The notes under the pieces: model-generated
Seen by the model: the letters and a program-made list of their open reading frames with translations, nothing else
The model's database searches: none
What the model was told of the DNA's origin: nothing
In this document: one piece after another, positions 54,030 to 61,341 of the stretch
Numbering within the stretch: position 1 is the first letter of the stretch
Layout of the letters: each line of letters begins with the position of its first letter
Position numbers and translations under genes: made by a program
DNA from: Fibrobacterota bacterium
GTDB taxonomy: Bacteria > Fibrobacterota > Fibrobacteria > UBA5070
Reading direction: 5' to 3'
DNA: 61,341 bases
NCBI GenBank assembly: GCA_039798065.1
Contig: JBDKGS010000001.1
Coordinates: 1 to 61,341 of the forward strand

Positions 54030-54576
54030 CACCCCAGTCTCCGAAGAAGAACCATTGGGCCGGCCGAGCCTCAAGCCAGCTCTCCAGACCGGCGAGCGCC
54101 TCCGACACCAGCAACAAGACATCGTCTTCGCCCCAGCGCTCGTCGCCACCAAACAAAGGCGACAACCGGCGATGCATCGGCAAACCCGCGGTTCGGTAGA
54201 TGCGGTACCCTTCCAGGATGATCCCGCGCAGGGTGTCCTCGAACTCCACCGCGGCATCACGCAGCACCTCCACGGTAACACCGGGGCGACCAACAAGTAG
54301 ACCCTCCTGATCGGAAACAGCGCTGACCGCCAAATTCGCCGCGATTTGGAGATGACTCCAGTACCGGACATCATCGACATTGACCCGTATCAAGGACAGA
54401 GCCTGGATGATCTCCTTGTGCCCTGCAAACGGAGCCCCAAATCGCTCTCCGAGCCTCACCGCGTAATATCCCGCGGCGTAGCAGACACGAGCGACCAACT
54501 GCAGCAGTCGATGCTCGATCACAGCTCTGGCCTTGCGTTCCGACCGACGCACGACCACCAAAGTACCGTTGGACAT
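53989..54576 (-). CDS. hypothetical protein (195 aa)
   Basis: The internal ATG at 54576 is chosen because the upstream gene ends at 54672. The 3' end overlaps the convergent beta-helix gene by 41 nt. No motif recognised. Confidence 0.45.
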   Translation of the reverse strand: MSNGTLVVVRRSERKARAVIEHRLLQLVARVCYAAGYYAVRLGERFGAPFAGHKEIIQALSLIRVNVDDVRYWSHLQIAANLAVSAVSDQEGLLVGRPGVTVEVLRDAAVEFEDTLRGIILEGYRIYRTAGLPMHRRLSPLFGGDERWGEDDVLLLVSEALAGLESWLEARPAQWFFFGDWGVNFSRKKTTQIQG

Positions 54577-54671
54577 GTTCAACCTCTTCTTGACGCCTTG
54601 CGAATTCCCACTGACCTGGTCGCCTTGGGACGACACGAGAACACCGGTTCGTTCTGGTGCATTCCAAGCCG

Positions 54672-55280
54672 TCAGCGCACTTGCTTGTACAGATCCGCCA
54701 CTTTTTTCGCAAGACGGGATTTGTCGGCGTCGATGTGATGATGTCGACGACGACGCAACGACTTTTGCTTCAGGTAAGCACGTCCGTCCTCGGTACGAAG
54801 CCATCGGCGCCTCAATTTGCGGGCATGCAGTCGCTCGCGGAGAGGCGTCTGTGTCAGCGCAATCACCTGCACCGGCAACCCACGATCAGCGAGGGCTTGT
54901 TCGATTTCACGCATCGCTGGCGATCGCCGCTCAAGCACACGAATCCTGTGCTCTAAGTTATCAGTGATCGCTGCAAAATCGAAATCGAAGCGTTTACACA
55001 GTAGATGGATTTCTTCTGTGCGTTCGGGGCAAGCAGCCATGGCTTCGTCTTCGTGTTCGTCCAGCAGGTCCAGCAATTCCCCGATTTCGGGAAGGATGAC
55101 CATGTTTGTTGACGCTGAAGGATCTATTTCGCTGGTAATGCGCAAAATCAGATCCGTGATCGCCGACGGATCCCGGTACGGAGTCCCGGCAATTTCACCC
55201 AAGCAAATCAAGTGCTCGTGAGCATATAAGCACAACTCGACGGTGCTGGAGAGAATGGCGTCAGCGATGGTCTTGTTCAT
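54672..55280 (-). CDS. hypothetical protein (202 aa) with highly basic C-terminal tail; paralogue of 56661..57290
   Basis: ATG at 55280 (GAGGAA upstream). Shared C-terminal block ER.HARKLRR.WL..G.AY....RRRRHH.D.D.SR.AK..A.LY. Confidence 0.55.
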   Translation of the reverse strand: MNKTIADAILSSTVELCLYAHEHLICLGEIAGTPYRDPSAITDLILRITSEIDPSASTNMVILPEIGELLDLLDEHEDEAMAACPERTEEIHLLCKRFDFDFAAITDNLEHRIRVLERRSPAMREIEQALADRGLPVQVIALTQTPLRERLHARKLRRRWLRTEDGRAYLKQKSLRRRRHHHIDADKSRLAKKVADLYKQVR

Positions 55281-55704
55281 GGGTTCCTCGTTCGCTGTGG
55301 TTGCGTTTGGAGTTGTCAGATTTTGACAACGGCATTGAGATGTCCAGATCCGTGAGTTGGCGGACCAGTTTGCGGTGTAGCTGCCAAGTCGCAGCCGTAA
55401 GCTTGGTACGGAGGTCGACCCCCGATACATACAGTAAGAGCGAGGCGATAAGGGGCAGGGAGGTCATTTCCGGCGGCGGAAGAATCGGTTCACCTCGCGC
55501 CATCCGTTCTCGCAACTTTTGCGCAGCGGCGTGGTGGCGCTGTTCATTAGCAAAGGCTTCAGTAGGCGACTTTCTGCCGGGACGTAGAGGCATTCCAAGA
55601 GCTACACGACGTCGATACGGCAGCAATTCGCCACCAGTAGTAAGCTCGTATGCTACGGTAGTTAGGTTACGCTTATTCGGGCGGATCATGGTTTGTGGCG
55701 ACAT
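55261..55704 (-). CDS. hypothetical protein (147 aa)
   Basis: ATG at 55704 preceded by AAGGAGG. No motif recognised. Confidence 0.55.
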   Translation of the reverse strand: MSPQTMIRPNKRNLTTVAYELTTGGELLPYRRRVALGMPLRPGRKSPTEAFANEQRHHAAAQKLRERMARGEPILPPPEMTSLPLIASLLLYVSGVDLRTKLTAATWQLHRKLVRQLTDLDISMPLSKSDNSKRNHSERGTHEQDHR

Positions 55705-55962
55705 AGCTCCTCCTTGGTTATAGGCCCAGCGGGTTGCTGGTCCGATGCAACGAATTGCGTATTTATGCTCGCCTGAATCCGCGATGTTTCCCGAATCCCA
55801 TTTGAATCAAACCAAAGAGCCGTCCACGTAAAGGCGCCCCGAATTCACCCTGCAACTCCAACTGCGGTGTACACGCCCCGCCTACTTGCCTACCTTCGTG
55901 AACATGAGCACGAAGCCCAGTGATTCCAAATCCATTCCGACGGCCTCGCCCCTGGAGGCGGC

Positions 55963-56541
55963 ATGAAGGTTCGCGACAGTGGAATGCCCGGCCAGGACAT
56001 GTGGGAGACCTTCTTCGATCCCCTCGATATATTCGACAACCTCGGGCTCGTCGATCCCGCCGGGATCATCGTCGACCTCGGAAGTGGTTACGGCACGTTC
56101 ACTTTGCCAGCTGCCCAGATTTTCAAGAAGTCACAAATCGTCGGCATCGACATCGAACCAGACCTGAACCACGATGTCATTGCCCGTGCACAAGCCGCAG
56201 GCATCAACAACCTGACGACGCGTACTTGCGATTTCGTCCGCGACGGCACCGGGATGGATTCGGATTCCACGGACATGGTTCTCCTTTTCAACATCCTGCA
56301 CGCCGATAACCCCGTTGCCTTGCTCAAGGAGGCGTTTCGAATCCTGAAACCTGGCGCTGTCACTGCGATCATCCACTGGAACTACGATCCATCTACACCG
56401 CGCGGCCCGAGAATGGAGATCCGTCCCAAACCCGACCAAGTGCTGGCCTGGGCTGCACAAGCCGGGTTTGCCGTCCCGGCTTCGGCGATTCCCGTCGCGT
56501 GTTTCCACTACGGCTTCCTCGCCACCAAACTCGACAGCTAA
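55963..56541 (+). CDS. class I SAM-dependent methyltransferase
   Basis: Motif I IIVDLGSGYGTF, post-I IVGIDIE, motif II/III MVLLFNILH..LKPGAVTAIIHW. Substrate unknown. Confidence 0.8.
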   Translation: MKVRDSGMPGQDMWETFFDPLDIFDNLGLVDPAGIIVDLGSGYGTFTLPAAQIFKKSQIVGIDIEPDLNHDVIARAQAAGINNLTTRTCDFVRDGTGMDSDSTDMVLLFNILHADNPVALLKEAFRILKPGAVTAIIHWNYDPSTPRGPRMEIRPKPDQVLAWAAQAGFAVPASAIPVACFHYGFLATKLDS

Positions 56542-56660
56542 CTGCAATCAAACTTCATCAAGCTGTGATCGCCATTGAGATGTGAATCCGCATCTATTCA
56601 AGTTCTGTTTATGCTCCGCTCCTCCGGCGGCGAGAAAGAGCCTCCCGTACATCGTACGAG

Positions 56661-57290
56661 TTAGCGTTCATCGGCATACAATCGGGCCGCTTGCTTAGCG
56701 GTTCGTGAACGATCGCGATCCACGTTGTGATGTCGACGACGACGTTTGGCAAGTTCACGCGTGTACGCCTTTCCTGCCGCAGTGTGCAGCAGCCAGGCCC
56801 TACGTAGCTTTCTAGCATGTGCCCGTTCCGTGCGGGATTTGCGCTGGAAGCCAGAGACCACGACCTTCTCAGTTAGCCCGCGTCGGCCCAGTTCTTCGTG
56901 GAGTTCCTCGGCGAGACTGACTTGACCAGCACGCAGACGAGTCAAGTATGCACGCTGTTGATATGTCGCGAGTACCTGATCAAATGCGGAGCACCTTTTG
57001 TCGTACAAGTCCACGTCAACGTCAGGCTTTCGATCTTGTGCGATCGCAATGACCATCTCCTCGTATGCCTGTATTGAGTCGAGTAAACTGGTCATGGCAT
57101 CGGCATTCGGGAATTCCATGATTTCGATTTGATCCGTAATCTGTTCGATGTACACAAGTACATCCGTCACGTGTTCATGTTCATGGAACGGCACTCCAAA
57201 CAACCTCCCAACGAGTATGACGTGGAGATGAGTCTGCAGAATTATCTCCACGCTTAGGGTCCGGAATTGATCAACGATTGTCTCGTCCAT
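56661..57290 (-). CDS. hypothetical protein (209 aa) with highly basic C-terminal tail; paralogue of 54672..55280
   Basis: ATG at 57290 (GGAGA upstream), chosen by alignment with the paralogue N-terminus (MDETIVD versus MNKTIAD). Same basic C-terminal block. Confidence 0.55.
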   Translation of the reverse strand: MDETIVDQFRTLSVEIILQTHLHVILVGRLFGVPFHEHEHVTDVLVYIEQITDQIEIMEFPNADAMTSLLDSIQAYEEMVIAIAQDRKPDVDVDLYDKRCSAFDQVLATYQQRAYLTRLRAGQVSLAEELHEELGRRGLTEKVVVSGFQRKSRTERAHARKLRRAWLLHTAAGKAYTRELAKRRRRHHNVDRDRSRTAKQAARLYADER

Positions 57291-57514
57291 GTTGTCTCCG
57301 TTTTGTGCCATCGCATAAATGCGATTTCTAGGAGTTACTGCAGTTACGCGTTCACGTTTTCCCAGTAAGAACAAAGCCGGGGCTGTACGCCACCGGCCTT
57401 CTTGTTGATCAACGACACCGAGGTCCCCGCCCACATCGTCGAACACAGACCTGGATGTCATACCGATTGCGCGAACGCTGCCCTGGGTGCGGCGTCGCGA
57501 TTACCCTGTGGTTG

Positions 57515-58363
57515 TCAGCGCTGCCTGCCGAGAAAAAACAGCACCGGATCAAGGATCTCGCCCAGGTGAGCGCAGCAGTCGTCATGCTGGGTGTCCGAGA
57601 GCTGCAATGACGAGAGCATTGCCTCCACGACTTCGGCACCAAGTCCAGTAATCTCTTCCACCTTCACACCCGTAGCACGCTCGAGCAAGCTCGCCATGCC
57701 GGTGGGATTGCAGCTGACTTCGCAGCTGATCAACGAGCATCTGGACCAGTCATTGGCAACAGCTTCAGCCTTCGACACCCAGCGGAACCGGAGCTCGCAA
57801 TCCCCGTTACTCCAGCCGAACGAGTCCTCGTCTCGGACAGGCACGGCAGCGTGCACAAAATCACTCCCCGAGTACATGGTGTCCAAGAAGAGGTGCACTC
57901 TCCAATACTCGAACACATCGCGCAGCGCGGACTCGGAGGTGAGTCCACGTTCACGGGTGTATGTTACACCACGCACAGACTCCGGCACCAGCGTCACGTC
58001 CACGCCAGGTTTGGCAAGCTTCGAGAGCTCGTCGCGGAGATGCTCGCAATAGTGCGAGAACTCATTTTTGTGTTTGCTCAACGTGCTGGCCTCCCAGCGA
58101 GGCAGGCGCCCCGTGACAACCAAGACATCGTTGTCGACGGCGATGGTCAGTGGGTGCTCGTCCCTCTTCGGATGACGTCTGGCATGTTGCCTGGCACGCC
58201 CTGTGTTCGCGAGCAAGTCATCGACAGAAACACCCGCAGGCATACGCAACCCGATGCTGAGTGCGGACATCACCGGATCATCCGAGTCCCTGACATAATC
58301 GCTGATGTTGGCGCTGTCGATGGCGATGACACCGGAAGTACTGGATATGTTGTTGGTGTACAT
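57515..58363 (-). CDS. hypothetical protein (282 aa); paralogue of 58766..59674
   Basis: Shared ordered blocks KPG..V.L.P...RGVTY..ERG, LR..F.YW..HL, FGW....C.L.FRWV..AEA, and AHLG...DP..FF. Confidence 0.6.
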   Translation of the reverse strand: MYTNNISSTSGVIAIDSANISDYVRDSDDPVMSALSIGLRMPAGVSVDDLLANTGRARQHARRHPKRDEHPLTIAVDNDVLVVTGRLPRWEASTLSKHKNEFSHYCEHLRDELSKLAKPGVDVTLVPESVRGVTYTRERGLTSESALRDVFEYWRVHLFLDTMYSGSDFVHAAVPVRDEDSFGWSNGDCELRFRWVSKAEAVANDWSRCSLISCEVSCNPTGMASLLERATGVKVEEITGLGAEVVEAMLSSLQLSDTQHDDCCAHLGEILDPVLFFLGRQR

Positions 58364-58512
58364 GAGCTGCTCCTGGTTGTGGTTGGCGAGCGTTATGGCT
58401 CGTGATATGAATTGCTGTTTTTTTCGAAAAACTTGAGCGACTTGCCCGACAACAAAAGAGGCCGGAGTGTAACCCCAGCCTCCGTGTTCGCGATTCCTGT
58501 TGTGGGCTCAGG

Positions 58513-58707
58513 TCACGCCTTTGTCGACGCCCCCGACTTCTTGCCTCGGGATGCCTTGCTGCCCAGTTCCGCCTTGGCCGGCTTCGATTTCGTCGGCGAC
58601 GCAGCTGAAGACACAGCTTGCTTCGCCGCCTTGTTCATTCCCGAGCGTACCGAGGCTGATGTGGGTGTCGATTGCTTCGACGGCTTCGACGGATTCTTTG
58701 TGTTCAT
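58513..58707 (-). CDS. small Lys/Ser/Ala-rich basic protein (64 aa)
   Basis: ATG at 58707 preceded by AGGAGA. MNTKNPSKPSKQSTPTSASVRSGMNKAAKQAVSSAASPTKSKPAKAELGSKASRGKKSGASTKA. Low complexity with a histone-H1-tail-like composition. Confidence 0.5.
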   Translation of the reverse strand: MNTKNPSKPSKQSTPTSASVRSGMNKAAKQAVSSAASPTKSKPAKAELGSKASRGKKSGASTKA

Positions 58708-58765
58708 GTTCTTCTCCTGTGTTCGCGTGAATGGGCCAATCACGGCCTCACGAGGAATTGCCTGA

Positions 58766-59674
58766 TCACCGGTTCAGTCCGAAGAATGTCATCGGATCCA
58801 CAACACCACCGAGATGGGCGGTTCTGGTGTTGCTGTCGGCACACCAATCGAGCACACGGAACATGCGACGCATGGCGTCCACGGACTTGCCGACGGCTTC
58901 GTGGGCGCAGAGAGATTCTTCGACCCCCAGCCTCAGCAGCCGTTCCAGGACGTCATCTGCAAATCCGACGTCACAGGCAATGAGTGCGTGCGACGCAAGC
59001 CTGGATTCCATGGCTTCCGCCTGCGTCACCCAGCGAAAAATGAGGCTGCACTCGCTGGAACGCCAGCCGAACTCATTGTCCTCGACAACCCGCTCCAACC
59101 CCTCGCCGAAGACCTCGAGGGCGTCAAGAAGCTCGATGTCCAAGTGCAGGGACCAGTATTGGAACAGCTCTCGGAGTGACACGGCGTTCGCCCAGCCGCG
59201 CTCCGCGCGGTACGTTACACCGCGCATCCAGCCCGGTGTCAGGTGAACGTAAGCCCCGGGTTTGGCCACCGCAGCCAAGGCCGCCTCGATGACATCGAAG
59301 TGCTGGTCGAGCTCACAGTCACGTTTGATGTTGATATTAGGGCCGATCCACTCACCTTGCAGTGGACCTTCCACGGACAGGCACCCCTCGTCGACATCAA
59401 ACGTATACGTGAGGTCAGGGTACATGCTCTTCAGGATCTGCTCCCGCTCGTTGGACGCGACGAAGGCATCGTCCACGGCGACTCCCGCGGACAGCTCCAG
59501 ATCCATGGCGATTTCGACGATGTAGGGTTCGCCTTGGCGCCGGGCGCATGCCAGCAGCTCCGTACGGTCAACGGAGATGTATGTGGGTTTCGCGCCGTTG
59601 ACCGCGTGTACATGCGGTGTCGCGTTGTCGGTGTTGTTGTCGGCGATGCTGATGTCGGCGTCGGTCGTGGTCAT
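58766..59674 (-). CDS. hypothetical protein (302 aa); paralogue of 57515..58363
   Basis: Same conserved blocks as 57515..58363. ATG start. Confidence 0.6.
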   Translation of the reverse strand: MTTTDADISIADNNTDNATPHVHAVNGAKPTYISVDRTELLACARRQGEPYIVEIAMDLELSAGVAVDDAFVASNEREQILKSMYPDLTYTFDVDEGCLSVEGPLQGEWIGPNINIKRDCELDQHFDVIEAALAAVAKPGAYVHLTPGWMRGVTYRAERGWANAVSLRELFQYWSLHLDIELLDALEVFGEGLERVVEDNEFGWRSSECSLIFRWVTQAEAMESRLASHALIACDVGFADDVLERLLRLGVEESLCAHEAVGKSVDAMRRMFRVLDWCADSNTRTAHLGGVVDPMTFFGLNR

Positions 59675-59885
59675 GGTTTGCTCCGGAGTTGGTGTTCGCG
59701 GACAGGGCCGGGATGGCCCCTGCTAGTAGTTGCTGACTTTCAGAGAATTTTCGTAAAGACAGATTCTGCCATCAGATTCCACCCGTATCCGCACGCAACA
59801 CCGACGCGTTTCACACGCGTCCATAGACATCCTCTTACTCAGGCCCACCGCACCGTAACGGAGTTCATCGCGGCCTCGAACAGCA

Positions 59886-60449
59886 TCAGTCCCCAGCGTA
59901 CGCCGTTGCTTGACCTGCGTAGTACCTCGTTGCGGCTTCGTAATCCGCAACCACCTCAGGACACGCGCCTTCAATCTGTGTTCGCTTCCGCAGGCGGATA
60001 TTGAGATCGGCCTCGGCGCACAGGAACTGCCGAGGCGAGAATGCTTCCGTCGCTGCGTGCCAGCTGTGAACGACCAGCGTGGTCACGCACAGATTCAGAC
60101 TGGATCCTGGCAACGCCAAGGCGGACAAAGACGACGCCAGCAGTGGCGCCAACGCCAGGAACACATCGCCGTTGGTCATCCGGATCCCTGCCTCGAGCAC
60201 ACCTCCGACAGCCTGGACGTCGACAACGATCTTGCGTGCGTGGACAAGCACTGAGATCTTGGAACGACCACAGTCGACTGAGATGGCCGGAGCGTTGACA
60301 AGATCACCGAAGACACCATGGAGGTCCGGTCGTTGGTAGTCGACCATGTGGATGATGCAGTGACCGACCACAGGCTCTTCGCCCACGCCCCGGATCTGTC
60401 GACCGAGGCTGAAGATGTCGACGGTCACGTTAGGGTGTTGCTGATGCAT
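59886..60449 (-). CDS. hypothetical protein (187 aa)
   Basis: ORF with an ATG start, co-directional with its neighbours. No motif recognised. Confidence 0.45.
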   Translation of the reverse strand: MHQQHPNVTVDIFSLGRQIRGVGEEPVVGHCIIHMVDYQRPDLHGVFGDLVNAPAISVDCGRSKISVLVHARKIVVDVQAVGGVLEAGIRMTNGDVFLALAPLLASSLSALALPGSSLNLCVTTLVVHSWHAATEAFSPRQFLCAEADLNIRLRKRTQIEGACPEVVADYEAATRYYAGQATAYAGD

Positions 60450-60572
60450 TCAGTGCTCCTGGTGTTGTGTGCAGCGTCTGGCACGTGGTGTAGTGGTATT
60501 TACAAGAGCAGCTCTTTCGTCCAGCTCGAACGTGGATCCCTGGTTCTGACACAGCGGCTTCGACTACAACGT

Positions 60573-61325
60573 TCACGCCGCAACTCGGCCTTCACCGGCA
60601 GCGCGTACGCGTGGCGGCGGCGCCACCGCGAGCAACAGCGGTGTGCGCGTACACGCACGCCGCAGCGCCTTCGGCGACAACACCGGCGTCGCCCATCGCT
60701 GCCGATCCCGGGCATCAGCGGCCACAGCCACATCAATGCCGCGTTGGCCGAGCGCCTTCGCAACTGCTGTTGAACCAGCGACGACCCGACCACTGATCCA
60801 GGCGTGGAAAGCACGCGCTACCGCGGGCGTCAGATCCGCCGGCGCCAACACGCACCGCGTTGACCGGAAGTGCTGCATGTCCTCAAGCAAGGGTTCCAGC
60901 TTTCGACCGAGCAGGAGCTCATGCTGGGTGTCGAGCTCGCGCACACTCCACTTCGGTCGCCTGGTCTTGTTCGTAACGATACCGAGCATGTCTTTGTACA
61001 CGGACATGCGGACAGTCAGCGTGCTCGAACGCTCTGCTTTTTGTGGGGCAGCTCGCAGCTCCAACGTCGACACTCGGCCATGGACCGTACGTGAAGGTGC
61101 GGGCACTGTGATACACCGACAGCCATGGTCACACACGACGTCGGCGCAGATGGATTCCAGGTACCTCATCCACTGCTGAAGAGACTGAGGCACGGTTTCG
61201 CCGTCGTAGGTGAGCATGTACTCGATGACAGCATGCTCCAGTAGCTGAGCCGGATCCAGCCGTACGCCCGGAACATTCCGGAGGCGATCATTCATCGCCT
61301 CCGCCATCGCAACGACACTTTCCAT
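60573..61325 (-). CDS. hypothetical protein (250 aa)
   Basis: ORF with an ATG start, co-directional with its neighbours. No motif recognised. Confidence 0.45.
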   Translation of the reverse strand: MESVVAMAEAMNDRLRNVPGVRLDPAQLLEHAVIEYMLTYDGETVPQSLQQWMRYLESICADVVCDHGCRCITVPAPSRTVHGRVSTLELRAAPQKAERSSTLTVRMSVYKDMLGIVTNKTRRPKWSVRELDTQHELLLGRKLEPLLEDMQHFRSTRCVLAPADLTPAVARAFHAWISGRVVAGSTAVAKALGQRGIDVAVAADARDRQRWATPVLSPKALRRACTRTPLLLAVAPPPRVRAAGEGRVAA

Positions 61326-61341
61326 CGGTGTCGATGTCGCG

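Noticed and set aside
1-61341. Looked for CRISPR arrays, rRNA or tRNA genes, reverse transcriptase/retron or DGR components, and integrase genes
   Set aside because: No regularly spaced 25-40-nt direct repeats, no rRNA- or tRNA-like segments and no RT (YxDD) or tyrosine/serine recombinase motifs were seen in any listed ORF. The only repeat arrays are the TGTCTCA cluster and the protein-level repeats in the RHS and giant genes.

Overview
61,341-nt window of a mostly high-GC bacterial replicon. By eye, three islands are AT-richer: 1-2200, about 13880-17800 and about 48510-49210. Taxonomy cannot be proven here; FlgD-Ig-like and T9SS-like sorting-domain signatures hint at an uncultured FCB-type or candidate-phylum lineage. 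Content, left to right: (i) A low-GC, translationally coupled 3-gene cassette ending in a Dam-type (D12) N6-adenine DNA methyltransferase; the two upstream genes are unrecognisable. (ii) A roughly 430-bp non-coding stretch with five copies of a TGTCTCA-core repeat. (iii) A SEC-C-motif gene split by an intact IS66-family element with 24-bp inverted repeats and an 8-bp target duplication, GCCCATGT. (iv) Cobalamin riboswitch, nrdD, nrdG. (v) A nuclease neighbourhood (secreted DNase II homologue, PolB-exonuclease-like 3'-5' exonuclease) interleaved with three small helical proteins that share one motif. (vi) The dominant feature, a minus-strand locus 43453->14096. It encodes a CsgG-like/beta-barrel fusion, a TonB/AgmX-type C-terminal-domain protein, an OmpA-like protein and a 5,330-aa secreted multi-Ig/PKD/CBM-like giant protein. 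These are followed by a TGATG-coupled 2,051-aa RHS/YD toxin with a 203-aa variable tip, an ATGA-coupled lipoprotein (candidate immunity), and a low-GC tail of lipoprotein, OMP and unknown genes. (vii) An XRE regulator and a parA-parB pair preceded by three unknown genes, two of them paralogues. (viii) Two tandem paralogous beta-helix secreted proteins. (ix) A roughly 7-kb block of unknown minus-strand genes arranged as paralogue pairs, plus one SAM methyltransferase. No rRNA, tRNA or CRISPR array was seen. The best candidate for an undescribed system is the giant-protein/RHS/envelope-module locus; second is the Dam-linked cassette; third is the par-linked, paralogue-rich block. All family calls come from motif reading by eye and need profile searches.
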